The notes beneath the pieces were generated by a model. That model ran no database searches. It was not told the origin of the DNA and saw nothing but the letters and a program-made list of their open reading frames with translations. Position numbers and translations under genes: made by a program. A stretch of 64,000 bases of DNA. It comes from Podarcis muralis. Its lineage: Eukaryota. This document shows, piece by piece, positions 50,296 to 62,240 of the stretch. The stretch covers positions 81,530,001 to 81,594,000 of the forward strand of contig NC_135656.1 of the NCBI RefSeq assembly GCF_964188315.1, in the 5' to 3' direction. Each line of letters begins with the position of its first letter. Within the stretch, counting starts at the first letter, position 1.

Positions 50296-51168
50296 TTAAT
50301 TATTATTTAGTAAATTTGTACACTGCCCTTCATCCAAAGATCACAGGGCAGTTCACAGCATAAAAATACAAAATGACAATACAAAATAAAACAAAGACAA
50401 ACCAATAACCCCACCTCCCACAAACACATTTAAAAGGCTATAGAAAGCTAATCAGCCAAAGCCTAGTTGAGAGGCACATTTTTGCCTGGTGCCTAAATAT
50501 GTATAATGAAAGTGGCAGGTGAGCCTCCCTGGAAAGAGAATTCCTCAAACTGCAGAAATGGCCTGTTCTCGTGTTGCCAGACTCCAGACCTCTCATGGAG
50601 GAAGCACACAAAGAAGAGCCTCAGATTATGATTGCAGAGTCCAGGTTGGTTCATATGGGGAGGGGTGGTCCTTTAGACATTGTAGTCCTGAGCCATTTAA
50701 GGCTTTGTAGGTCAATAACAGCACTTTGAATTGGGACTGGAAATTAATCAGCAGCCAATGCAGTAGGGCCAGGATTGGTGTAATATGCTCAAAACCTTTT
50801 GTCCTGGGTGAGCAACCTGGCCACCATTCTGCACTGACTGAAGTTTCCAAACTCTCTTCAGTGGCAGCCTTACATATAATGTGTTGAAGGAATCTAACAC
50901 AGAGGTTTGATACCAGAGAACAGAGGACAGAAGAAGTTTGTCTGTCCCTGTACACATATGGGTACAGCTGAGCCACCAGCTGAAGCTGATGTAAGGCACT
51001 CACCGCCACTCAGGCACCTGAGCCTCCAGCAACAGCAAAGTATCCAGAAGTACCCCCAAGCTATGTACTCGCTCCTTCAAAGGGAGTGTAACCCCATCAA
51101 GAGCAGGCAACATCCCATCCGGTCTAGGGAACCACCCACTAACAGCAAGCAGTTCTGCCAACTCCGCT
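50296..51168 (-). mobile_element. L2 LINE 3' portion, degenerate ORF2 C-terminus plus 3' UTR
   Basis: Frameshifted minus-strand peptides DGVTLPLKERVHSLGVLLD, SALHQLQLVAQLYPY, LPLKRVWKLQSVQN and EHITPILALLHWL...QFKVLLLTYKALNG are canonical L2 ORF2 motifs. Confidence 0.88.
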
Positions 51169-51593
51169 AAGAGAAATGCTAAAACAGAAGCCTATAGAAA
51201 TGCAACACACTGTTGAAATATACCGGCATCTTAAGTTAACAAGTCTTTTTGCCAAGTACTTTTCAGCAACTGCTGTTAACTAGTCATTGTCTTGGAAAGG
51301 CATTTTGGAATTAAAAGGGAGGGGAGATGCACCTGAAACAAAACAGAGAATAACTAACCAAAGTGAGGCAAAGCACCTCCAGATTTAGAATTTCAGCGTT
51401 AGAAAAAAAAGATATAGCAAAAATGGACAAGCAGTATTGTGTTAAAAAAAGGCAATCAATGATAAGGGAGTCAGTTATTATCAAAATATTATAACAATGA
51501 ACCAGAACTAGAACTGGAATGAATTGAGGCTGTTAAGAATGAGAGTGGAAGTGTGCTGCTGCTTGTTTGCAATGTCTGCCTCTGTGCCACATA

Positions 51594-52112
51594 CCGTATT
51601 TTTCGCCCTAAAGGACGCACCGGCCCATAGGACGCACCTAGATTTTGGGGGGGGGGGAATAAAGGGGAAAAAGAAGTCGCGCCGGGTTCCCACAGCTTGC
51701 GGAGAGCTGCGCGAAGCCCGTTCTGGGAGCATGCGGGGCTGGGGGAGGGGGAAGCCCGCCGCCTGCCTCCAAACCAGGTTGGGAGACGGCGGGCTTGCGC
51801 GCTGCGCCTCCCCGCTGTCCCCCGAGCTTGCGGGGCTGGCGGCGGGGAGAAGCACGCTTCTCCCCGCCGCCAGCCTCCAAACCACGTCGGGAGACAGCAG
51901 GATGGTGCGCTGCGCCTCCCTGCTGTCCCCTGAGCTTGTGGGGCTGGAGGTGGGGCTCTCCTGAAGCCTGGAGAATGAGAGGGGTCGGTGTGCACCAACC
52001 CCCTTGCTCTCCAGGCTTCAGCGAAAGCCTGCATTCGCCCCATGGGACGCATACACATTTCCCCTTCATTTTTGAAGGGGGAAAAGTGTGTCCTATAGGG
52101 TGAAAAATACGG
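51594..52112. mobile_element. Tc1/mariner-superfamily (Tc2/pogo-like) non-autonomous element, 519 bp, GC-rich internal repeats
   Basis: TA on both sides. TIR CCGTATTTTTCGCCCTAAAGGACGCAC / GTGTGTCCTATAGGGTGAAAAATACGG. Internal repeat of about 100-107 bp at 51732-51960. Confidence 0.85.
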
Positions 52113-52823
52113 TACCTATACAACAATCTCTGTCAAATCATTTCCCCAGAATAGTGATATAGGAGGCACAAAGCTTTGGTTTTCCTGAACCAGGATTCAG
52201 AATCAAATCAAGCTCCAAATCAGAATGTGAACCAAATATTACAGGTGGCTCACGCACCCAGTTTATTGGGAGACAAGATATTCCAGAAAGCATTTCCCTA
52301 GATCATTTCTTTAGATGACAGAAATTTCCCAAATTGGTTTTTTTTAAACTACAAAAACTTCTCAAAAGTATCCAGAAGTCTAAATGTGGCCTGTAAATCA
52401 CTGGCTACTCACTTGTGATCTTTGGGAACTCATGTATATTGTACAAAAGTTCACTAATCACAGTCATCCTGACTAAACCCTCAGCATTTTAAGTTGAATA
52501 GTTGAAGCCACTTTGGGGGCTGCCTTGTGTGGTGTGAGATTCTGTAGTATAGTAGAGTACACAGATTGTCTGCTGCAGTTCTACCTGGATTTACTGGAGC
52601 TGAGAGCCCACAGCTGTATAATCTGGGCTGTGCTGAGTGGAGAGAATGTGAGTTGCTACATACTTTCATTTAGGTGGAAGTAACCTTTTCCTAAATAGCA
52701 CAAACTATGAGCAAAGGAACAATGCTCCAACCCAGCAGCCCAGATTTTCACCCCACATAATAGCAATATTTTCTACCTCATAACATTGACCTGAAGATAA
52801 ACTGGTTACTACTTTTCAAAGTT

Positions 52824-53181
52824 GCGGGACGCGGGTGGCGCTGTGGGTAAAACCGCAGTGCCTAGGACTTGCCGATCACATGGTCGGCGGTTCGAATCCC
52901 CGCGGCGGGGTGCGCTCATGTCGTTCGGTCCCAGCGCCTGCCAACCTAGCAGTTCGAAAGCACCCCCGTGTGCAAGTAGATAAATAGGGACCGCTTACCA
53001 GCGGGAAGGTAAACGGCGTTCCGTGTGCTGCGCTGGCTCGCCAGAAGCAGCTTGTCACGCTGGCCACGTGACCCGGAAGTGTCTGCGGACAGCGCTGGCT
53101 CCCAGCCTGTAGAGTGAGATGAGCGCACAACCCTAGAGTCTGGCAAGACTGGCCCGTACGGGCAGGGGTACCTTTACCTTT
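52824..53181 (+). mobile_element. Sauria SINE (Squam1), full length and young
   Basis: GGGACGCGGGTGGCGCTGTGG head, GGTTCGAATCC B box and (ACCTTT)n tail. Perfect 14-bp TSD TACTTTTCAAAGTT (52810-52823, 53182-53195). Confidence 0.95.
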
Positions 53182-55154
53182 TACTTTTCAAAGTTATTTT
53201 TCAAGTCATCATCTTAAGGAGAAGGTACAAATGCTTCCAACTGGCTACTCACTTCCAGGTCCCAGCAAGGTCAAACAGCTAAAGATGGGAGGATTAACAA
53301 TTACCCCCAAAGGGTTATGTAAATAATGAAGGTTGTCTTCATTCCATTAGTTGCTGTCACAGTTGTCCTATGACACCAGGAATGTGATATGCATAAGTAT
53401 CTCATAGTGTTCTTTCTCTAACTTTGGATGGCATGCCAGCTGCAACAATACTTAGAGAAGAGTTGATCTGGCTTCATTACTTAATGACCAAGTAATACAA
53501 GGATGGTCAAAAACTTAACTCTCATCAGCCCCTGCCTACATGGCCAAAGGTCAAGGATGTTGGGAGTTGTAGTTTAGAAATATCAGGAGGGTGCAGAGTG
53601 GACTACACCTGAACCAATGACATAAGGAAAACAAGACTGTCTTTGAAACCCATTCAAAAACTTGAAATGGAGCAAAACATGGTCCCCGGATTGTTAACTG
53701 ATACTGACCGATGCAAACATTATTCCAATGTTAAAATAGTTGATGTTTGGTGGATTTCTTTTAATACGTTCATCTGGATTCCAGACATTTACCATATTCT
53801 ACTTTTCCAATGGATGTGGTATTTCTATAATTATAAACTTGATGCTATCCTCCATTTATCTGAAGACATTGATTTATTTGTATGCCCGTTTAAACCATAC
53901 TTTATACCTTTTCTAATGATGAAAACACAAAGGGCCACATGCAAAGAACAGAAATAAATGGGTGAGGTGGGGTGGGGTGGGGTGGGCAGAGTGAGATGGT
54001 GAGGGGAAGCTCATTTCTAAAATATTGCCAACTTCAAAATCATTATTTTCTCACAACATTGATTTCAAAATATCTTCTTGAATACAGGAGAAAAGAAAAA
54101 AGCTCAATAGGCTTTCTTGATTTTAGTATTATAGGAACACTCTGACGCCAAATACACTTGGGAAATTCTTAGCAATTCTTAGCAATTTCCTAGGATATGT
54201 GTCAAATGCCAATAGAATAAAATGAATGACTATATTGTTTACAACACTTAGCAAACACTGTACAAGAATTAAACTAAAGTACAACTTGTCCAAGAGGGCT
54301 TAATCCATGAAAGACATAGGAAACCAGCTTAATTTGTCAAGATGGCAGCCATTAGCTCTGAAAGGTTATGCAAATAGAGAAGATGGATGATAAAGTGCAG
54401 GCCACCCCCATTGTGTCAAACATAAATAAACTCTGTACAAAACTGACAGGTAGCTAATTTGTTTTGCAGGGAAGACAGGTAATGGGACACCTCTGTACGC
54501 CACAAGAGACTACATCATGCCTTAATGCAAGTAGCTTTAGATAAAAGTTAGTATTTGGGGGGAAATTAATTATCTGCCATGGTCATAAATAGCTGTTTAG
54601 TACTAAATTGAAACTCAGTTGAAATGCTGGCCTTTTTGAATATTAACAATGCTTCAGAATATGGACTTGCAATGCAACAGGTAAAACTGAGCAATTTTAG
54701 CTAATATATCTGTGACATAAGAAGCTAGCAGAAAACAATGATGCCTTTTCTAACGTTCATGGAGACTTTATAAGGAATCCTTTATTCTAAAAATAATAGT
54801 AATACAGAAAACTATAACAAAAAAATTCAGGTAACTCTTTTCCACTTCCAGTAGCAGCATGAAAGACAACAAACAATCCATGAGAAAAAGCTGCACTGTG
54901 CTATCACTGCATCTCCAGGCAAGAAGAGCCTCACCTATTGAATTTCTGCCTATCATATCAAAGGGCTAATAGCATTGTCAGAGAAAAACACTATGTGAAA
55001 CAGGCAAAAAGCAGATAGAATCAAATTCTGGGCTGTGTTGTGATGTCCTAATAAGTAAATCACTTGGGCATAATTTAAAGCCAAAAGAACAGGAGGGGGC
55101 AATTTTTAACAGGCAACATAATGGGGCTTCAGAAGAATCAGGGATAGAAATATA

Positions 55155-55155
<1 letters not shown>

Positions 55156-55198
<43 letters not shown>
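55156..55198. repeat. (AC)n microsatellite
   Basis: Direct reading. Confidence 0.97.
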
Positions 55199-55200
<2 letters not shown>

Positions 55201-55683
55201 GTTTGTTGTTTAGACTAAAACCCCCACTCAGCCAACAAGTACCATGTCCCACTGCTGTAAGTACTATTGAAACCTATGGAACAAAGCTGGTTCTAAGCCT
55301 GGGCACAAAATGTAATCATACCTTTCCTGATTTAAGTTGACTTAACCTTGGCTTCTTCAGTCTGAATAGACTCAATTACCTCTCCAGGGCAGCTAAAGCC
55401 ATGCAAGTATATTGAATCATAATGCAACAATGAAAACGACTACAAATTCATCATGCTGTCCCTGAACCAGCAAAACAGCTAAGTATATGGTTAATTCTGA
55501 AGTTCCCAAAGATAGGAAACTATGTGCGCTCTTGCTGCACCTTGCTTCGTGCCCTGAATGCGAGCTTTCTAAGGATATCTGCCTCCCCAGTATTGGAAAC
55601 AGCAAGCTGTAAAACATGGGAATTTGGTATGATCCAGCGGGCCTTTTTATGGCCATATGTGTTACTGCAGAATGATATACTTA

Positions 55684-56033
55684 GGTAAGGGTAAAGGGGA
55701 CCCCTGACCATTAGGTCCAGTCGTGGCCGACTCTGGGGTTGTGGCGCTCATCTCGCTTTATTGGCCGAGGGAGCCGGCGTACAGCTTCCAGGTCATGTGG
55801 CCAGCATGAATAAGCCGCTTCTGGTGAACCAGAGCAGTGCACGGAAACGCCGTTTACCTTCCCGCTGGAGCGGTACCTATTTATCTACTTGCACTTTGAT
55901 GTGCTTTTGAACTGCTAGGTTGGCAGGAGCAGGGACCGAGCAACGGGAGCTCACCCCGTTGCGGGGATTTGAACCGCCAACCTTCTGATAGGCAAGTCCT
56001 AGGCTCTGTGGTTTAACCCACAACGCCACCCGC
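55684..56033 (-). mobile_element. Sauria SINE (Squam1)
   Basis: The reverse complement reads GCGGGTGGCGTTGTGGGTTAAACCACAGAGCCTAGGACTTGCC ... TAATGGTCAGGGGTCCCCTTTACCCTTACC. Confidence 0.93.
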
Positions 56034-57291
56034 ATAACAAATGACAACAGCTGGAGGAGGGGAAATACAGATTACACTGAAAAGGTGGCCACCCTCTTAT
56101 TTTCCTACTTGAAAGAAGGTGATCACTCCAGCCCATTGTACTGGCTACCCACTACAATGTGAATACAAGACAGCCACAATGGTCTGGGTAAAGTTAGGAA
56201 AACATGGCTGGTGTGTTGGAAAACAATTGAACAACATCGAGGTGACACCACAGCAGGAAGCCCTAAAGCCAAGGAAGGAAGAGAAAGAGTAATGAAATAA
56301 TAATTCTTCTACTGAGCACTGCTAACTCACACCTCTTCTCCTTCAGGAAAGATGCGGAAATTCAACCTGATTAATCATTTCACAAAGTCATTAAAATGAG
56401 CAGAGAATAAAGCAGGTTGCCAATTGCCTCCTATGAACTTTTGTCGACTAGTACTTCCCAAAATGCTGGCCAGCAAGGCCAGGAAAGGATATGGTACCAC
56501 AGGAAATGTGTCTCTGAAGTTTCCCTAATGAGGAAGGGGCTTACTAGGTTCTTGCTGCTATTATGTTCAATTGTAATTTTATGAGCTGATACACTTGTGG
56601 GAAGAAAAGAGACAGACACTCTTCTGGCAGATTAGTTAGCCCTTTAAGGGGTCTGCTGTTAATTTTGATTATTCATCTGCACATCTGTCTTTGCCCAACT
56701 GTGACATGAATACAACTCCTTACCGCTAACTCCATTTAATCAGAAGCTTGTCTCCAAAGAAATCTGTCAGCTTGTTTGACCTCTTAACAGATCTGCATCT
56801 AGAGTTACAATCTAGTTCAAAGTCAGATCTCACATTTCCAACAGCTTGGATAAAGGGAGAACTTTGGCTTCCACCTATCTGGGCCTGATAGCTTCTGACC
56901 CCCTCCCTGGCCACCCCCAGTCACCACCTACTGATAGCTTGCATTTTTGAAATGGCATTTTGAGCTGCAAGACTGACAATTGCTCCAGAACTCGGGATAC
57001 AACCAAAGAAAATAAATGCATTACATAGATACCAAAAAGTCACCCTCTCTTCAGATATTTAACAGTTCATTGTATCATAATAATTTCCCTCCTTTCTTGT
57101 ATTGCTTGACTATCTCCCAGAGAAATGTAAGCTGAAACATTTGAACATTCATCTCAGGCTATTCATTCACTTGATATGTTCTCTGAAAGTTTTAAAGCGG
57201 GGTATTACACAGTTCAGTTAAACCTCAAAATTAACTTATTTTAAGCAGTAATTACCTCTTTTTGAGTGATCTGCAGTTGAGCTGTCAGGAG

Positions 57292-57509
57292 CATAGCTGT
57301 CAACCTTCCCTTTTTTTTGCGGGTAATTCCCTTATTACAGCGCCGTTTCCCACTATACCGGATTGTTAGATATCCCATAGACTGTCTCCGGGACAGGTGA
57401 GGCTGCTGATCCCTTATTTTCAAATCCAAAAGTTGACAGCTATGCCGCTGGTCCCTTATTTTCGAGGCTGCTGATCCCTTATTTTCAAATCTGAAAGTTG
57501 ACAGCTATG
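57292..57509. mobile_element. hAT-type MITE of the 6353 family, with two right ends
   Basis: Left TIR CATAGCTGTCAAC. Right TIR GTTGACAGCTATG ends at 57444 and again at 57509. Outer flanks GTCAGGAG / GTCGGGAA (6 of 8). Confidence 0.85.
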
Positions 57510-57706
57510 GTCGGGAACTGTTTATCAGAAGGTGGGGGTAGTGAGACTAAACAGGTATTTGTCCCACTCCTGTGGCAGCGAGGTAAATATTAAGATTAGT
57601 TAAGGTAACAGGTGAGCACACAGGCACCTTTGGAGGCGAAGAGGGCTTCTGGAGGCCAGCTGCTCTGGGTTGTGGGCCCTGATCCTGAATATGAAATGTT
57701 CTTGAG

Positions 57707-57866
57707 CAGGCATCCCGAAACTCGGCCCTCCAGATGTTTTAGGACTACAATTCCTGATCAAGGTGTCCCCCCTGCCAGGTAAGTATGGGACTACTGGTCC
57801 TGTTAGCTAGGGATGATGGGAGCTGTAGTCCCAAATTATCTGGAGGGCCGAGTTTGGGGATTCCTG
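57707..57866. mobile_element. Palindromic hAT MITE related to 10605/14912, interrupted by a U1 fragment
   Basis: Termini CAGGCATCCCGAAACTCGGCCCTCCAGA / TCTGGAGGGCCGAGTTTGGGGATTCCTG. TSD TTCTTGAG / TTCCTGAG (7 of 8). Confidence 0.88.
57753..57786 (-). pseudogene. 3'-truncated U1 snRNA fragment, nt 1-34
   Basis: Minus strand reads ATACTTACCTGGCAGGGGGGACACCTTGATCAGG. Human U1 as recalled is ATACTTACCTGGCAGGGGAGATACCATGATCACG: 30 of 34 identical, ungapped, first 18 nt identical. No U1 promoter, Sm site or 3' box is present. Confidence 0.85.
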
Positions 57867-60041
57867 TTCCTGAGGCTCATTTGATGCACCAGCCTGGAAT
57901 TTTAGGGCCCAGGTAGGAAGGCCACCCTATTCACCATAAGGTGGGGCCGGGGCTTTGGGCCTATGCATTGCCATGTACTTTGGAAAGAGGAGGGTTTGGC
58001 TTGCCATGGTTGAAATTAAGTTAGCTTCCTGCTCTTCTCATTTCTCCTCTAAGTATTAAAAATAAAATGCCACCCAAGTTCAACCCTTCATTAGTGTTTC
58101 ACCTCCTGGGTCCAGTCACAAAAGTACTTTGGATCTGCTGATGTCTGAATGGAACATTTTAAAAATAAGTCAGTGGGAATCAGCCTGGGCTAATACACAC
58201 CAGGCTGTTTTGCATACTTTAATATTGAAAGTCACTTCATCTGCTGATACAACACCACCCCAGAAAAGTATATAAAGATGGGGTCCTAAAACAGTGTTAT
58301 TAAACTATTCATTCAGTTCTACTGAAATGTGTGTAAATGTGAAAGCTGTTAAAAAGGGATTAATTGTTGTCCACGCTACTAAGATATTAGTGTAAAATGA
58401 CCTCAAGGTTTAAAAGCACCATATGAAGGGGAGAACAGTAATCTTGCTCTGCTGCTCCTAATGAATAACAAATGGGCCTTCACAATTTATTTAGTTCAAT
58501 ACAAGCTGACATTACAACTCATTCTGCTGGGTCTTTTTTCTTCTTCTTCTAAACTCTGTGGTAATGCATCATCTTGCCTGGCTGTATGTCATCTTCTAGA
58601 AGGTCAACAAAGGTATGTGCCCCCCCCCCCATGTTTAAGTTATGAAAAACTTTGACAAAGCCTGGACTAGCCTGCTCTGTTTTATTCTTGCTGACATCTT
58701 TGACTCACATTCTTCTAATGGAGCATCTAACATTTTTTATAAATAAGTCTTTTTACCTGATAAATAAATTTAAAAACCCCCACACAAAAATATATACTGG
58801 GTATTTTTGTGCCTTAAAATACAGTATCTTCAACCTGGATGTTTAAATGAGCATTATAAAGCATACTGCTATTTATTGTCATTTCAAAGGTACTTAGAAA
58901 TATGTATTATGTTGCTGTGGACAATTAGCCTTTTATCCAATTTTACTTGATAGTTTAAACTCTCCCACCCTAAGGTTTTAATTATCCCTCTCAGCCAGCC
59001 CTCTTAGGCCTCGGTTCATGCAGCTGGCAATCTGCCTCAGTGATGTTATAACCTTGTTAACGTAACAAAAGAGGAGTTTACTTAAAACTGTACTGACTAT
59101 GGACTTAAGCCAAATTTACTTGAAAGAGGAAAGAGACTGTCAAAAATCCTACAGTAAACATAGGAAAGCAGTTCTTTCATAACCTTCACCTTAATTCATA
59201 TAGACAAGTAATTTACATGTAAGTGGATTCATATGGTCTGGAAGGGGGCCTCCCCCTAGAGCCGGACTGCTTCATGTCCCCTCCCCATCCTGCACTCTCT
59301 TTTCAGAGAATTGCAAGGTTTACCAGAAGACAGAGCATCTGCAGGGTTTGAATCACAACAAATTATAAGGTAAACATTTATAAAACTAGTCAGCATCAAT
59401 ATGAACAGAATGAATTTCACCAAGCCATTTCCAAATCCAGGCAGCCCTCTTGTCAAAACCATTGTTTACATTCAGTAAAGACTTCTATGTCGAGAGTGTA
59501 AAGTTGCATTACTCTAATGAAGTAATGGTTACATTACCCTAAAATGTAAGTGGCTTGTCAAATTCTGATATCCCCCATTCATTTAATGACCACATTACAG
59601 TCAGAATTTCCTAAATCTGTTTAATTAAAATCATTTTTTTAGGTTATACACCAATAGAACCTTATGTTAAGTTAGACTAAACAAAATATCGCTGGACGAA
59701 TATGGAAATCTTCATGGAGCTGGGACCCTAAGCACACTAATGTGAAAGTGAATTCTACTGAATTTTCAAGTATGCTCTTCTCAGATCATGATATAAAAAG
59801 TAGGAAAGACAGGTGTGCAAACTCATTGCAACTATGAATGAAACTTTGACCTACACAGATATTTTCAAGGGATATTTGTTTACTTAAAAGTGTTTCTAGA
59901 ATGCTTAATGTTTTAAAATCTGTTAAGTGATATCTAAAAATAAAAAGTGTCATAAAAACAAAGATACAACATAAAACTGGTATGAGCAGTATTATAAACT
60001 TGTTATTCAGTTATAGCAAGGTCTAATACATGGAGCAAGGA

Positions 60042-60083
60042 ATGAAATCTAAATGAGAAACTATGAAATCTAAATGAGAAACT
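60042..60083. repeat. 21-bp exact tandem duplication
   Basis: ATGAAATCTAAATGAGAAACT occurs twice. Confidence 0.95.
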
Positions 60084-60606
60084 CACAATGGAAGCATTCA
60101 AAATGCAAATTTACCAAGTTCAAACCTATCAAATACTCTGAATATTGAATGGCCTCAAGCCATCCATGCTGATCTGTGGCAATGCCTCTGTTAGGCCCTA
60201 GATGTTGAGCTGCCAGGAAGGAAACCTAACTTTCCTTGGCTTCCAATATACCTAATATGGTGGCATGTAGGATATAGGCTAGCTGAAACTCATTAAAAGT
60301 CACAAGGGATATTTTAAGCAGGGAAGGCAGATTAGGCATTGCTAACCAAGAGGTTGTTCCATGGAAATATGGGGTGGGTGGGTGGAGGAAAATGATTTTA
60401 TACATACAGTTTTAAGGGATAAATATCATCTATCAGATGTATTCCAATGGCAATATCTGCAGCTACAACATCTTGCAATAACAATGTTTGGATCAGACCA
60501 GAAAATATTTAGAATCTATTGAATTCCATTATGTTTGTGTAGAAAAGGACTGTCTAACACAGTTGTTTGTTGGTGATGTAATAAGAATAATTCCTCTTTG
60601 AAAAGT

Positions 60607-60935
60607 ATGTTCTTACAGTGTCCTAGTTTTGGGAGAAAGTCTTGAACTGTATAAATTTGACTGTAGGAAAAATACCAAAATTTTCAGAGGAAAATATTCT
60701 TTTGAATGATATACCTATTATATGGAAGTTGACAACTGGACAATGCAAATGGGTTCTATGTGCCCTAGGGCCAAAAGACTGGAATTGATGAACTGGAAGG
60801 ACAAAAATATGCTCCCCTTTAATCAATGGATTGAAGACATGACAGAACTTGCAACATATGAGTGGATTTTTTTTATAGATGAAGACATTGTTTGGATAAA
60901 TATATTGATATTTGGAACAAGTTTATACTGAATAT
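60607..60935 (+). mobile_element. L1/Tx1-clade LINE ORF2 C-terminal remnant
   Basis: Frameshifted peptides MFLQCP..FWEKV, AKRLELMNWKD..LP...WIEDMTELATYE and LDKYIDIWNKF match the pattern I recall for non-mammalian L1 ORF2 ends. Confidence 0.65.
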
Positions 60936-61904
60936 AGTAGGTTATTAATAATCATATATGTATTAGCAAACTTTAATGGAGTTTAAATAATCATCAGTAA
61001 ATAGGCAGTAAATTCACTGTGTTCACAAAACATACTCTTTAAAAAGTGGAACACTTGGTTGGTTTTTTACAACCTGCAGTGTGGTTTCATTTAATTGTAG
61101 AATCCATGCTGAGAGCATAGAGAGTCATATGCCAAATTAAATACAAACAAAACAGCAGGATGTTGATACAACTGTGACTTCCACGGGAAGTAGTTAGGAT
61201 GGTAATGTGACCTTCTTGGAACTTGGGCTGAAATTCTCCTGCAATTCCTGTTTCTGCCCAATAGAACTGTAACACAGCATGTCTTAACTAACGTTTTTGA
61301 TACCAACTTGCTGGCACCGTAAATATGAGAAGAATTCAAATGAAGGTCTTGTTCTTGATGGTCAGAACATTCCTATAGTCATATTATGCCAGGACTGAAG
61401 ATAAGCTGCCCCTACACCAGTGGAACAGAAGCCATATCCAATGTATGCTCTGTTTGGGAGGGGAAAGGAGGAGAGGGGGAAATGTCATAAAATGAGATAC
61501 ATACCCCCACACCTCTGGGAACAGTGTCCACCAACCAGAAACTATGCTTGTGGCCATGCCCATAAGCGGCGCACACACAGAGGTAATCAATTAACTCACA
61601 ATGATGGGGACATCATGGAGCTCCCCCCACCCCCCATTCTGGACATGAGGAATACAGGCTCTGCAGGAGGAGCCCTAGTCCAAAAGAACACCTCATGTTT
61701 TACATGCTGCAGGTAACAGATTTGAATCCAGGGTACACCTCCAGGAAAGGGAGAAGGGCATCCTCACCTTAAACACAACTGAGCCACTGCGGGCCCAGGG
61801 GCAGTGAAACCATGGGCAGAAGGCCCTAAGGCTGGTATAATTGCAATAAACACAGGGCAGCCATTCCTTCTGAGTAGACACAATTAGGATTGCCCTGGTG
61901 AAGA

Positions 61905-62240
61905 TTTAAGTCTTGAATATTGCACATGGAATGTCAAAGGGCTGAAAGTCTTTGCATGTTTTATAGAGGAGATAAAAGTTTTAATCTACAACATGATACA
62001 CAGCCCGGAAGTTTAACCAACAAAATTATTGCAAAATGGGTATTGTAATCTTGCAACAAATATTTGAAATGGTTTTGTGCAGTGCATAATCCCAATGTGT
62101 GCATGTGTTATGGAAAACCCTGAGGAAATAAAAGAGGTATTCTGCCAGGGCTGATCTTAGCCAAAATCTACCTTTATTTAAGATCATTGGAAACATGCTT
62201 TCGCAAAGTTTTATTAACTGAGGAAATAGTAATGATCAAA
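61905..62240 (+). mobile_element. Possible L1-clade endonuclease (ORF2 N-terminus) remnant
   Basis: CTWNVKGL, followed in order by degenerate KMGIVIL, VHNPN and IIGN. These resemble the APE motifs WNV.GL, K.RGVAIL, YAPN and IGGDFN. Confidence 0.4.

Noticed and set aside
51489-52126. ORFs of 78-189 aa
   Set aside because: They overlap the GC-rich Tc2-like element, have low-complexity Arg/Pro/Ala composition and show no transposase motifs.
53969-53986. G-quadruplex motif GGGGTGGGGTGGGGTGGG
   Set aside because: The motif is real but such short (GGGGT)n runs are common in vertebrate introns, and nothing here points to function.
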